IMG/VR virus record: IMGVR_UViG_3300001679_000055
Location: 1-53,852 of that record
Reading direction: 5' to 3' (one strand)
DNA length: 53,852 nucleotides
Source of the DNA: a virus
Lineage: Duplodnaviria; Caudoviricetes
Shown here: positions 17,224-25,077 of the stretch, piece by piece
Layout of the letters: every line of letters starts with the position of its first letter
Position numbering within the stretch: the first letter of the stretch is position 1
Notes under the pieces: generated by a model
The model's input: the letters and a program-made list of their open reading frames with translations, nothing else
The model's database searches: none
Told to the model about the DNA's origin: nothing
Made by a program: the position numbers and the translations under genes

Positions 17224-18623
17224 TGGATTTAAGTAGATTATCAGGGGTTACTTCCCCAAAAATTGTACTAACTAGTAAACAGCAAGCTATCGTAGATAGT
17301 AAAGCTAAAGCTATACTTGTAAACGCTGTGGCAGGTAGTGGTAAGACCGCTACTTTAATGGAATTAGCAAAGAATTATAATAACGGACTATACATAGCCT
17401 TTAACAAAGCTATTGTTACTGATGTAATTGATAAGCTTCCTATTGGTTGGAGTTGTAAAACCTTCAATGCACTAGGATTAGCTATTACAAGGCAACATCT
17501 ATTGAATGCTAAAGTAGATTTTAGTAAATATAGACAAAAAGGTAGTACATACAGTAAATCTTGTGATTTAGCAGTTCACCATATGAGTATGAATGGTGCA
17601 CCTACACAAGATTCTTGGGAAGTTACAGCTAAAAGATTTTCAATACCTAAGTTACATATTAGAGAGGCTTCCAGTATATTAACTGAAGGTAAAGCTGACA
17701 CTAGTGCAATTAGTGGAGAGGATATGCTTCAATACCCAATTGATAATGGTTGGAAAACTGATCATTATGATATTGTTCTAGTAGATGAGTGCCAAGATCT
17801 TAACCCACAGCAAATAGCATTTTTAGCCTGTATTCCTACTGAGAAAATTGTGTTTGTAGGTGATAGAAATCAAGCTATATATGGCTTTAGAGGTAGTGAT
17901 CCTAAAGCATTAACTAAGATCGTTGATGATTACCAGCCTGTTGAATTCGAGATGTCTGAAAGCTTCAGATGTCCTACTGCTGTTGTTGAAAGAGTTAATC
18001 ACGTAGCTCCTAGAATGATGAGTAGTAAAGTAGGTGGGCAAATAGAACGTATTAGTTACGATGATGCCATCTATGATGATGAATGTTTTATTTTGAGCAG
18101 GAGTAATGGCAAACTTATCTCACTAGCTTATAGCTTCATGAAAACTAATAAACATTTCTCTATTGGAACTAACTTTATTAAACAATTAGAACGTGATTTA
18201 AATCCTCATTTAAAAAACGCTACGAATCTGCAACAAGTACATGATAGAGTAATACAAACGTTTAAGCTTGCGCTCAACAAAGCTCAACAAAATAACTGGT
18301 CAACTATAACACTGGATAATAAGTATCAAGCTTTATTAGAATTGATAACCACTGTAGACACTCTACAAGAGGTTAAACTTTTTGCTAATTCATTAAAGAT
18401 GCATACTGATGGTGCTAGTGAACGAAAGCTTATGACTATTCACGCAGCTAAAGGCTTAGAAACTGATCATGTTTACTTTTTAGAACCCGACATGATAGAA
18501 TTTATGAAAAGAAAAGCTACGGATCAGTGGCAACGACAAGAAGAGGATAATCTCTACTATGTTGCATGTACTAGATCCTTATCTAAATTGACATTCATAC
18601 AAAAGAACTCATGGAGAAATTAG
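17223..18623 (+). CDS. UvrD-like superfamily 1A DNA helicase
   Basis: LTSKQQAI, AVAGSGKT, VDECQD, VGDRNQAIYGFRG, SFRCP, TIHAAKGLE, EEDNLYYVACTRS. Start reassigned to the ATG in the TAATG overlap. Confidence 0.9.
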   Translation: MDLSRLSGVTSPKIVLTSKQQAIVDSKAKAILVNAVAGSGKTATLMELAKNYNNGLYIAFNKAIVTDVIDKLPIGWSCKTFNALGLAITRQHLLNAKVDFSKYRQKGSTYSKSCDLAVHHMSMNGAPTQDSWEVTAKRFSIPKLHIREASSILTEGKADTSAISGEDMLQYPIDNGWKTDHYDIVLVDECQDLNPQQIAFLACIPTEKIVFVGDRNQAIYGFRGSDPKALTKIVDDYQPVEFEMSESFRCPTAVVERVNHVAPRMMSSKVGGQIERISYDDAIYDDECFILSRSNGKLISLAYSFMKTNKHFSIGTNFIKQLERDLNPHLKNATNLQQVHDRVIQTFKLALNKAQQNNWSTITLDNKYQALLELITTVDTLQEVKLFANSLKMHTDGASERKLMTIHAAKGLETDHVYFLEPDMIEFMKRKATDQWQRQEEDNLYYVACTRSLSKLTFIQKNSWRN

Positions 18624-18865
18624 CATTTAAAGACATAGTTAAAGACATGCTGGTTTTAGTTAAGATACCTAATGAAGATACTTTATTTTTGTCTAGGGTA
18701 GTAGAAACATCTCTTGGACACCCATCTATACCTAAATTAAGATTAGGTACTGGACACTCTGTTATCTATGGGCAGTCCTGGATTATTTATGCTAATAATA
18801 ATGTTAATCGTACAGAGGTACTATTAACCCAAACGACAATTCAAGAAAACCCAACAATGCTCTAA
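18611..18865 (+). CDS. Hypothetical protein
   Basis: 84-aa ORF overlapping the helicase end. Confidence 0.55.
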   Translation: MEKLAFKDIVKDMLVLVKIPNEDTLFLSRVVETSLGHPSIPKLRLGTGHSVIYGQSWIIYANNNVNRTEVLLTQTTIQENPTML

Positions 18866-18873
18866 GGAGGCTT

Positions 18874-19089
18874 ATGAACGACCTAAATGAAATATTATTA
18901 CTAAAAAGTGTGTGTCAATACATTGATGTAAAAGGAAATATCTACCCTATGGATGACAGTGGTAATATTGATGACATGTCTATTTCAACTATAGGAAATA
19001 TCTCAAATGCACCATTAGATTGGTGGAAAGAATTATCAAATTACGATACAAAATTAGCAGACATTCTTTATGGAGGCCTCATGCAATGA
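18874..19089 (+). CDS. Hypothetical protein, paralog of 19888-20103
   Basis: AAGGAGG RBS; KS..YID..G...GNI.D...DWW..LS.YD.KLADI.YG.L. Confidence 0.75.
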   Translation: MNDLNEILLLKSVCQYIDVKGNIYPMDDSGNIDDMSISTIGNISNAPLDWWKELSNYDTKLADILYGGLMQ

Positions 19090-19199
19090 TATGTAACTGT
19101 GGCTGCATAATGCTAAAACGTGCACATTTTTGGGAATGTCCTACTAAACCTTTCGGAGAACCTGGAGGGTGTGGACGAGTTGAATTTTTCAAGTTGTAA
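19086..19199 (+). CDS. Small zinc-ribbon-like protein (37 aa)
   Basis: Not in track. MICNCGCIMLKRAHFWECPTKPFGEPGGCGRVEFFKL; GGAGG RBS and ATGA overlap. Confidence 0.55.
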   Translation: MICNCGCIMLKRAHFWECPTKPFGEPGGCGRVEFFKL

Positions 19200-19210
19200 A
19201 AATATTTTAA

Positions 19211-19287
19211 GCCCCTTTAGCTCAGTTGGTTAGAGCATCCGACTCATAATCGGCAGGTCGTTAGTTCAAGTCTAACAAGGGGCACCA
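19211..19287 (+). tRNA. tRNA with CAU anticodon, probably tRNA-Ile2 (lysidine) rather than Met
   Basis: Acceptor GCCCCTT/AAGGGGC, D arm GCTC..GAGC, anticodon loop CT-CAT-AA, T loop GTTCAAGTC, encoded ACCA end. C4-G69 and C5-G68 pairs as in Ile2. Confidence 0.9.
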
Positions 19288-19305
19288 AATTAAATAGGAA
19301 ATATA

Positions 19306-19533
19306 ATGGAACATTTTGATATTGCTTCATGTAAAGATGAAGCATGTATAAATTATATTAGTGGTACTTGTGTTTTAAATAAATTACCAATAATACGCTG
19401 GGTATGGGCAGATGAAGCTCTTGGAGGAGCTAGAAGGTTTCAACTACCTACTACTACTGGTAATTGCGCAGCACAACCACAAGTTAATGTATTTCGCACA
19501 CATAAGCTAATTGAAGGTACCACTCATGGGTAG
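19306..19533 (+). CDS. Small Cys-rich protein, paralog of 17029-17223
   Basis: C-x4-C-x7-C-xL-xx-LPI...C...Q....RT..LI. Confidence 0.65.
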   Translation: MEHFDIASCKDEACINYISGTCVLNKLPIIRWVWADEALGGARRFQLPTTTGNCAAQPQVNVFRTHKLIEGTTHG

Positions 19534-19885
19534 ATATTATCAAGGTGATATTGAAGGTAAGTTCTGGTTCGGAGTACAAAACTCAGATGACGGTGAATTC
19601 TTCGGAGCTAAAGAGCTACAAAGTACTCTAATTGACTATGAAATCAATGTCAATGATGTACAGGTAGTTAAAGAAGGAATTATGATGTGTAAGAAACGGT
19701 TAAGACACGCTCTACTAGAGTATGACCCTGATGTGGGCTTCAAGCCATCTTTTTGGAAGCATCTAACTGGAGAAGAACAACGTTATTATTCTGAATGGAT
19801 GGCTAGACTAGAAATGGGTATGAAAATACTCATATTTTTTAACGACAATCCCGACAATGATTGTTACTTTACTGCGGAGACATAG
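19526..19885 (+). CDS. Conserved phage hypothetical protein
   Basis: MGRYYQGDIEGKFWFGVQNSDD N-terminus and C.F..E C-terminus resemble a recurrent phage family. Start moved to ATG 19526. Confidence 0.7.
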   Translation: MGRYYQGDIEGKFWFGVQNSDDGEFFGAKELQSTLIDYEINVNDVQVVKEGIMMCKKRLRHALLEYDPDVGFKPSFWKHLTGEEQRYYSEWMARLEMGMKILIFFNDNPDNDCYFTAET

Positions 19886-19887
19886 AT

Positions 19888-20103
19888 ATGGTGAACAATT
19901 ACGTATACGTAAAAAGCATTAATAAGTACATTGATACAACTACTGGAATTATCTTTAACGTTAACTCTAATGGAAATATAGAAGATGCTGATAAAAGCAA
20001 TAATTTAAGTGAAATGTCACAAGATTGGTGGGATTCGCTATCAACATATGACTTGAAACTGGCAGACATTATTTATGGTGAGTTAATTGAAAAGGAGAAA
20101 TAA
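19888..20103 (+). CDS. Hypothetical protein, paralog of 18874-19089
   Basis: GGAG RBS before ATG 19888; shares the DWW..LS.YD.KLADI.YG motif. Confidence 0.75.
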   Translation: MVNNYVYVKSINKYIDTTTGIIFNVNSNGNIEDADKSNNLSEMSQDWWDSLSTYDLKLADIIYGELIEKEK

Positions 20104-20247
20104 ATGACAAGCTGGATAATTACTTATTATGATGCAATTCAAGATCAAAAAATGTGGGTTGAAATCTTTGCTAACACAGTTGACCAGGCTTCTGATCAAT
20201 TTCAAAAAATGTATGGCACTTCAATGCCAATCGTTAACATTCGATAA
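20104..20247 (+). CDS. Small hypothetical protein (47 aa)
   Basis: Not in track. AAGGAG RBS, MTSWIITYYDAIQDQKMWVEIFANTVDQASDQFQKMYGTSMPIVNIR; fills the gap exactly. Confidence 0.6.
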   Translation: MTSWIITYYDAIQDQKMWVEIFANTVDQASDQFQKMYGTSMPIVNIR

Positions 20248-20255
20248 GGAGAAAT

Positions 20256-20633
20256 ATGGGAAAAGTTAAAGCACAACTATTAGACGAACAAGAACATGAT
20301 CAATTTATGAGAGATCAGGAACCTGACTTCGATGATTATGCACTAGCTACTAAGGATAAAGCTTTAGATATAAATGCTCTCCTTAAATTGATAGATGCTT
20401 TTGCAGCTAAAAAGGATATTAATGTCTTACTGTACAAAAAGCTGATCAAAATAATAGAAGAGTCAGTTAATAAGGACGATCAACGTGAGATGGAGGCTGT
20501 ATTCGAGGAAGGTGTGTATTGCCAGACTTGTGAGCACTGTGAACTTACACGTGACGCATATGGCACTGGTGACAGTCCTACATTACGTGAGTGTACTGCA
20601 GATGATCCATCTGAATGTCCAGGACTACTATGA
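20256..20633 (+). CDS. Hypothetical protein with C-terminal Cys cluster
   Basis: AAGGAG RBS; CQTCEHC...DAYGTGDSPT..EC......CP. Confidence 0.7.
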   Translation: MGKVKAQLLDEQEHDQFMRDQEPDFDDYALATKDKALDINALLKLIDAFAAKKDINVLLYKKLIKIIEESVNKDDQREMEAVFEEGVYCQTCEHCELTRDAYGTGDSPTLRECTADDPSECPGLL

Positions 20634-20815
20634 GTAATACAATAGCAGTACATCAAGCATACACAGATATGCAGAAAGTAACTACTAAACACCCCAAACT
20701 AAAAGAAAGAATCGAAGATGCATTCGATTTAATGCGTCAAGAAATTGATGATGGAGAATGGGAAGATTTAGAGGTAGATAGATTTTATAACTATATGGTG
20801 GAACTAACAACATGA
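20630..20815 (+). CDS. Hypothetical protein
   Basis: ATGA-coupled small acidic ORF. Confidence 0.6.
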   Translation: MSNTIAVHQAYTDMQKVTTKHPKLKERIEDAFDLMRQEIDDGEWEDLEVDRFYNYMVELTT

Positions 20816-21297
20816 TTAAATTAACAAATAAGAACATCAAACTATTAGGGGCATCACTTTTAATCTTAACTTATGTATCACCAGTTAAAGCCAAATCCTT
20901 ATATCAAGATAGGGGGTTAATCTTTAATGGGTCTGGAGAGGGTTGTTATTTCACTCAAGAAGATGAGATAGGTTCTTCGTATTTCTCTAACTTTACGTCA
21001 AATGTAGGTACTGTAACCTTTAAAAATCCTGAGTGTATGTATAAAAATACTCAGATAGGTCAGATGGTTAACATCAACCAAATCAATAGAAAAATCGCAC
21101 AATGGTATACCAATACTCATTTTAATTTTTACACTTCCGCTTTATATACAACTAGTGCTTTACAAAAAACCGGGGTATGTATGCAATCTAAGTTGAGCAA
21201 AAATTCAGCTATAACAATAAGTTACATAACAAACACGAGTGGTTCTATATATAAATTCAAACATGGACCAGCTTTAGGCGGATGCACTTCTAAATAA
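20812..21297 (+). CDS. Putative secreted or periplasmic protein
   Basis: Basic N-terminus, hydrophobic core and V-K-A cleavage-like site; four Cys. Confidence 0.6.
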   Translation: MIKLTNKNIKLLGASLLILTYVSPVKAKSLYQDRGLIFNGSGEGCYFTQEDEIGSSYFSNFTSNVGTVTFKNPECMYKNTQIGQMVNINQINRKIAQWYTNTHFNFYTSALYTTSALQKTGVCMQSKLSKNSAITISYITNTSGSIYKFKHGPALGGCTSK

Positions 21298-21304
21298 CTT
21301 AAAA

Positions 21305-21319
21305 GTGGTCTCCGACCAC
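21305..21319 (+). promoter_or_regulatory. TCC-triloop hairpin, putative phage promoter
   Basis: GTGGTC-TCC-GACCAC in an intergenic gap. Confidence 0.5.
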
Positions 21320-21354
21320 CTATATGAATGATTACATAATCCAAGGAGATTAAT

Positions 21355-21762
21355 ATGCCAACAGGCAAAAGACTAACGCTGAAACAGCGTGCAGAAATAA
21401 TGGAAGTTTACAAAACAGGAAACTTAACTCAATCAGAAATTGCTAGCTTAGTAGACCTAGGAATCTCTACAGTTAGTAGAGTTATTGCACAAGAGCAAGG
21501 ATTTAAACCCATGCCTGAACCTAGGAAACTAAAAACTAAGTTTAAAACCACAGTATCTATAGCTGCAACAAATGCAGATCATGCTAAAGTAGCTGCGTAT
21601 GCTAAGCTACATGATTTGGCTATGCATAATGCTCTACATATCATGTTGAGTGATAGTGCCCATACCAACCTAATAAATACTATTCAACGTGAAGTTGAAA
21701 TTATGGTATCAGCAGCTAAGACTGAAGTTGCGATCATTAAAAAGAAATGGTGGCATCTATGA
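21355..21762 (+). CDS. HTH DNA-binding protein
   Basis: RLTLKQRAEI...LTQSEIASLVDLGISTVSRVI; AAGGAG RBS. Confidence 0.75.
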   Translation: MPTGKRLTLKQRAEIMEVYKTGNLTQSEIASLVDLGISTVSRVIAQEQGFKPMPEPRKLKTKFKTTVSIAATNADHAKVAAYAKLHDLAMHNALHIMLSDSAHTNLINTIQREVEIMVSAAKTEVAIIKKKWWHL

Positions 21763-22361
21763 AACTAAGTATTGTAAAAAAGAGTGAAATCACACATAAC
21801 ATTTTAGATATCTACGAAAAGCCAATGGATCTACTGGATAAAGAACGTCAGCATGTAGTTCTTGAAAATTACCTATTGTGGATTGCCCAATATCAAACAG
21901 ACATTGACAATTTGCCTATTGAATTTTTTAATACGTCTTCTGTTTTAAAAACATTAATAGAGGTTGACTCTTCAGGCCTTAAACACCTTAATACTGTTTG
22001 GCACTATTCTCATGATGTTAAAGTTCCAGTAATGTCCCAAGACTCAGGATATTATGCTGAACCTGAAGCTCAAGAATTACATCCAACATTACAAAGCAAG
22101 GTTGAAGACATCCTGCAACGTTTCGATAAGCTAATTTCCGAAAAGAGTAATTTACGTACATTCGTAGACGAAAGTCTAGATCAGGTAACTACAACTAAGC
22201 AGTTGCGTGACTTATGGGCTAATTATGGGGCGTTACTTAAACATATCCCACCTGAACCTTCTAGAGTTAAAAAATCAAAACAAACAGTTTTAAACCTTAA
22301 AACTAAATTGGATATTCAGGCGATAAATCAAAGATTAACAGAACATTTATTAGAAGGATAA
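21759..22361 (+). CDS. Hypothetical protein, possibly Nmad5-like
   Basis: Helical, with LDQVTTTKQLRDLW...LKHIP near the C-terminus; family call tentative. Confidence 0.45.
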   Translation: MKLSIVKKSEITHNILDIYEKPMDLLDKERQHVVLENYLLWIAQYQTDIDNLPIEFFNTSSVLKTLIEVDSSGLKHLNTVWHYSHDVKVPVMSQDSGYYAEPEAQELHPTLQSKVEDILQRFDKLISEKSNLRTFVDESLDQVTTTKQLRDLWANYGALLKHIPPEPSRVKKSKQTVLNLKTKLDIQAINQRLTEHLLEG

Positions 22362-22362
22362 T

Positions 22363-22542
22363 ATGCCTAAACCTACATATGATGATAATCGAATAGAGCG
22401 TGAATACGCCATGGAAGTGCACGATTACTTAGCTATACAGTTACAACGAGCTAAAGTGCGCCACTACAATGTTAAAGAAAAATTCTTTCAAGACCTTGTT
22501 GACAAACAAGACATGGTTATTGAGTACATGGAGAAAACATGA
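22363..22542 (+). CDS. Small hypothetical protein (59 aa)
   Basis: Not in track. MPKPTYDDNRIEREYAMEVHD...; AAGGA RBS; ATGA overlap with the next gene. Confidence 0.55.
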   Translation: MPKPTYDDNRIEREYAMEVHDYLAIQLQRAKVRHYNVKEKFFQDLVDKQDMVIEYMEKT

Positions 22543-22706
22543 ATGTGTTAGATTCATTGACCTGCGATAGGTATGCACTAGTTAACCGCCTATCTCTAGC
22601 TATAGATGTAAAGGATAGAGAGGTGACAAAAGAAATTCTTGATAATCTAATCAAAATAAACAAAGTAATTAAAGAAATTAACCCTCTAGAGGAGTATGAC
22701 ACATGA
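22539..22706 (+). CDS. Small hypothetical protein (55 aa)
   Basis: Not in track. GGAG RBS, MNVLDSLTCDRYALVNRL...; ATGA overlap with the AAA gene. Confidence 0.55.
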   Translation: MNVLDSLTCDRYALVNRLSLAIDVKDREVTKEILDNLIKINKVIKEINPLEEYDT

Positions 22707-23734
22707 GTATTGAAATTTCAGCAACAGAGATGATAGAAGCTTTGAATAGCGTATTAACTTCTGGGCTAACCCCTATGTTAGTGGGGTCACCTGGTATAGG
22801 TAAATCAGATATCGTTAGATCGGTAGCTAAAATGCACAATCTTAAACTGATTGATATGCGCTTAGCCCAGTCAGATCCTACTGACCTAAATGGTTTCCCT
22901 ACGTTACAGCAGGATGGTACTCGCATGGACTATGCGCCACCAATGACATTTCCTTTACAGGATATGGACGAAGTTCCTGATGGATACGATGGTTGGTTAC
23001 TATTCTTAGATGAGATTAATGCAGCACCACCGGCTATTCAAGCAGCAGCTTACAAGCTAGTATTAGATAGACAAATCGGTGCTCATGACATACATAAACG
23101 AGTAGCTATTGTATGTGCTGGTAATAAGGCTACAGATAAGGCTATTGTTAATAGGTTATCTACGGCAATGCAGTCTCGCATGATTCATCTTAATCTAATG
23201 GTAGACACAGCTAGCTGGTTAGACTGGGGTAATTCTAACGGTATTGACCACAGAGTCATATCATTTATTAAATATAGGCCTGAGTTGTTGCATAAGTTTA
23301 ACCCCAATCATTCAGATGACACATTTGCATCACCTAGAACCTGGGAATTCTTATCTAAAATCATCAAAGGCAAGGAAACGTTCAATAGAACTGATCATGC
23401 AGTATTAGTTGGTACAGTGGGTGAGGGTGCAGCAACAGAGTTCAGAGCATTCTGTGCAGTATACAAAGATTTGCCTGATATTGAGACTATGATTAAACAT
23501 CCTGAAATCATTAAAATACCTAAGGAACCAGGCCATCAATACGCTATTACAACTTTAATCAGCCATAATGCATCATCTGATACGGTCAAACCATTAATGA
23601 TAATCATTAAAAAACTGCCAGTAGAATTTCAGGTAGTTGTGTTAAAAGACATTTATGCTCTTAAACCTGAACTCAAAACTCACCCAGTAATCCAAGATTG
23701 GATTCAAAAAAACGCAGACAAACTATTTGGATAA
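22703..23734 (+). CDS. AAA+ ATPase (N4 gp24-like)
   Basis: GSPGIGKS, LLFLDEIN, AGN, arginine finger AMQSR, SPRTWE. Confidence 0.9.
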   Translation: MSIEISATEMIEALNSVLTSGLTPMLVGSPGIGKSDIVRSVAKMHNLKLIDMRLAQSDPTDLNGFPTLQQDGTRMDYAPPMTFPLQDMDEVPDGYDGWLLFLDEINAAPPAIQAAAYKLVLDRQIGAHDIHKRVAIVCAGNKATDKAIVNRLSTAMQSRMIHLNLMVDTASWLDWGNSNGIDHRVISFIKYRPELLHKFNPNHSDDTFASPRTWEFLSKIIKGKETFNRTDHAVLVGTVGEGAATEFRAFCAVYKDLPDIETMIKHPEIIKIPKEPGHQYAITTLISHNASSDTVKPLMIIIKKLPVEFQVVVLKDIYALKPELKTHPVIQDWIQKNADKLFG

Positions 23735-23738
23735 TACT

Positions 23739-24845
23739 ATGGAAAACAAGAAAGTAGAGGATTACCTTAGGCATGCTAAGATTGAACTTATGACTAAATC
23801 AGTATTTTTATCTACTGTCTGCCTAAGTTTAAAACATAAATTCTCAGACTCATTGCCTACTGCAGGTACTGATGGTATTTCTATTATTTACAATCCTAAG
23901 TTCTTTGAAGAACTAACAGCTCCTGAAAGAGCCGGGCTACTGGCACATGAAGTGTGGCATGTAGCATTCAATCACTTTGCTAGAGTAAATGGGCGTGATA
24001 AGCGTACATGGAACCTGGCAGGAGACTACGTAATTAACTACATGCTAACTGAAACAGGTTACTCACTGCCTAAGGGTGGTTTATATGATGAACGTTTTAA
24101 AGATATGTCAACAGAGGAAGTCTACGACATTATTAAAGACGAGGACGAAAATGACCAAGGTAGAGGTGATTTCTTAGAAGACTTACTTGATTCACCAGAT
24201 GGAATTAAAGAGGCTGATATATTTGATAAAGTTACAGACATTATCATTCAAGCCCAAATACAATCTAAAGCAGCAGGTAAAGAACATGGTGAAATACCTG
24301 GAGAAATAGCTAGAGCTATTGATGAGTTAATCAACCCTAAGCTACCATGGAATCAGTTACTTACCCGATTCTTAACTAATATGATTAAGGATGATTACAC
24401 TTGGACTAAGCCCAATAGACGCTTTTTCCCACAACATTACTTACCTAGCCAACACTCTCCGACTATCGGAGATATAGTTGTAGCTATAGACACCAGTGGT
24501 AGTGTTACAGATGAAGACCTACTAGAGATGTTGTCTGAAATACAAGACATCAGAAACGTGTACAAACCAGACTCACTCAAGATAATTGATTGTGACTGGG
24601 AAATACATAATGTTTTTGATGTAGATAAACATGATAACATTCTAGACTTAAAGTTTACGGGAGGTGGAGGAACTAGTTTCGACCCTGTTATAAAGTATTG
24701 TGATGCTCACCAGCCACAACTACTAATCTACTTTACTGACCTATACGCTGAAGAACTTAACGAGGAAACATCGTACCCTATTATGTGGATATGCAATTCA
24801 GATCATGAACCTGCACCATATGGGGAGACGGTTTATATTAAATAA
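23739..24845 (+). CDS. Metallopeptidase-vWA domain protein (N4 gp25-like)
   Basis: TAGTDG, HEVWH, WNLAGDYVIN, MIDAS DTSGS, GGGGTSF, YFTD. Confidence 0.9.
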   Translation: MENKKVEDYLRHAKIELMTKSVFLSTVCLSLKHKFSDSLPTAGTDGISIIYNPKFFEELTAPERAGLLAHEVWHVAFNHFARVNGRDKRTWNLAGDYVINYMLTETGYSLPKGGLYDERFKDMSTEEVYDIIKDEDENDQGRGDFLEDLLDSPDGIKEADIFDKVTDIIIQAQIQSKAAGKEHGEIPGEIARAIDELINPKLPWNQLLTRFLTNMIKDDYTWTKPNRRFFPQHYLPSQHSPTIGDIVVAIDTSGSVTDEDLLEMLSEIQDIRNVYKPDSLKIIDCDWEIHNVFDVDKHDNILDLKFTGGGGTSFDPVIKYCDAHQPQLLIYFTDLYAEELNEETSYPIMWICNSDHEPAPYGETVYIK

Positions 24846-24846
24846 T

Positions 24847-25068
24847 ATGGCAGCAATACAATTGGACTTCTTAGTTGAAGTCATCTCTAAAGCTTTATGC
24901 TTTGAATATTATGTAGCTTTACAAGGTATAGATGACCCTGAAGATATTGATATTGAAGAAGCCTTAAAGTTTTACGAAGAACGCACTGAAGAATACGTAT
25001 CTAAAGCAACTTCTCTACTAATAATGGTAGAAAGTTCAGACGACTTACTAAACGAAACATTCCATTAA
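24847..25068 (+). CDS. Hypothetical protein
   Basis: Acidic ORF; start moved to ATG 24847. Confidence 0.55.
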   Translation: MAAIQLDFLVEVISKALCFEYYVALQGIDDPEDIDIEEALKFYEERTEEYVSKATSLLIMVESSDDLLNETFH

Positions 25069-25077
25069 GGAGCACCT

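Noticed and set aside
24457-24473. Inverted repeat TCTCCGA-CTA-TCGGAGA
   Set aside because: Inside the vWA gene, with a loop different from both hairpin families; likely chance.
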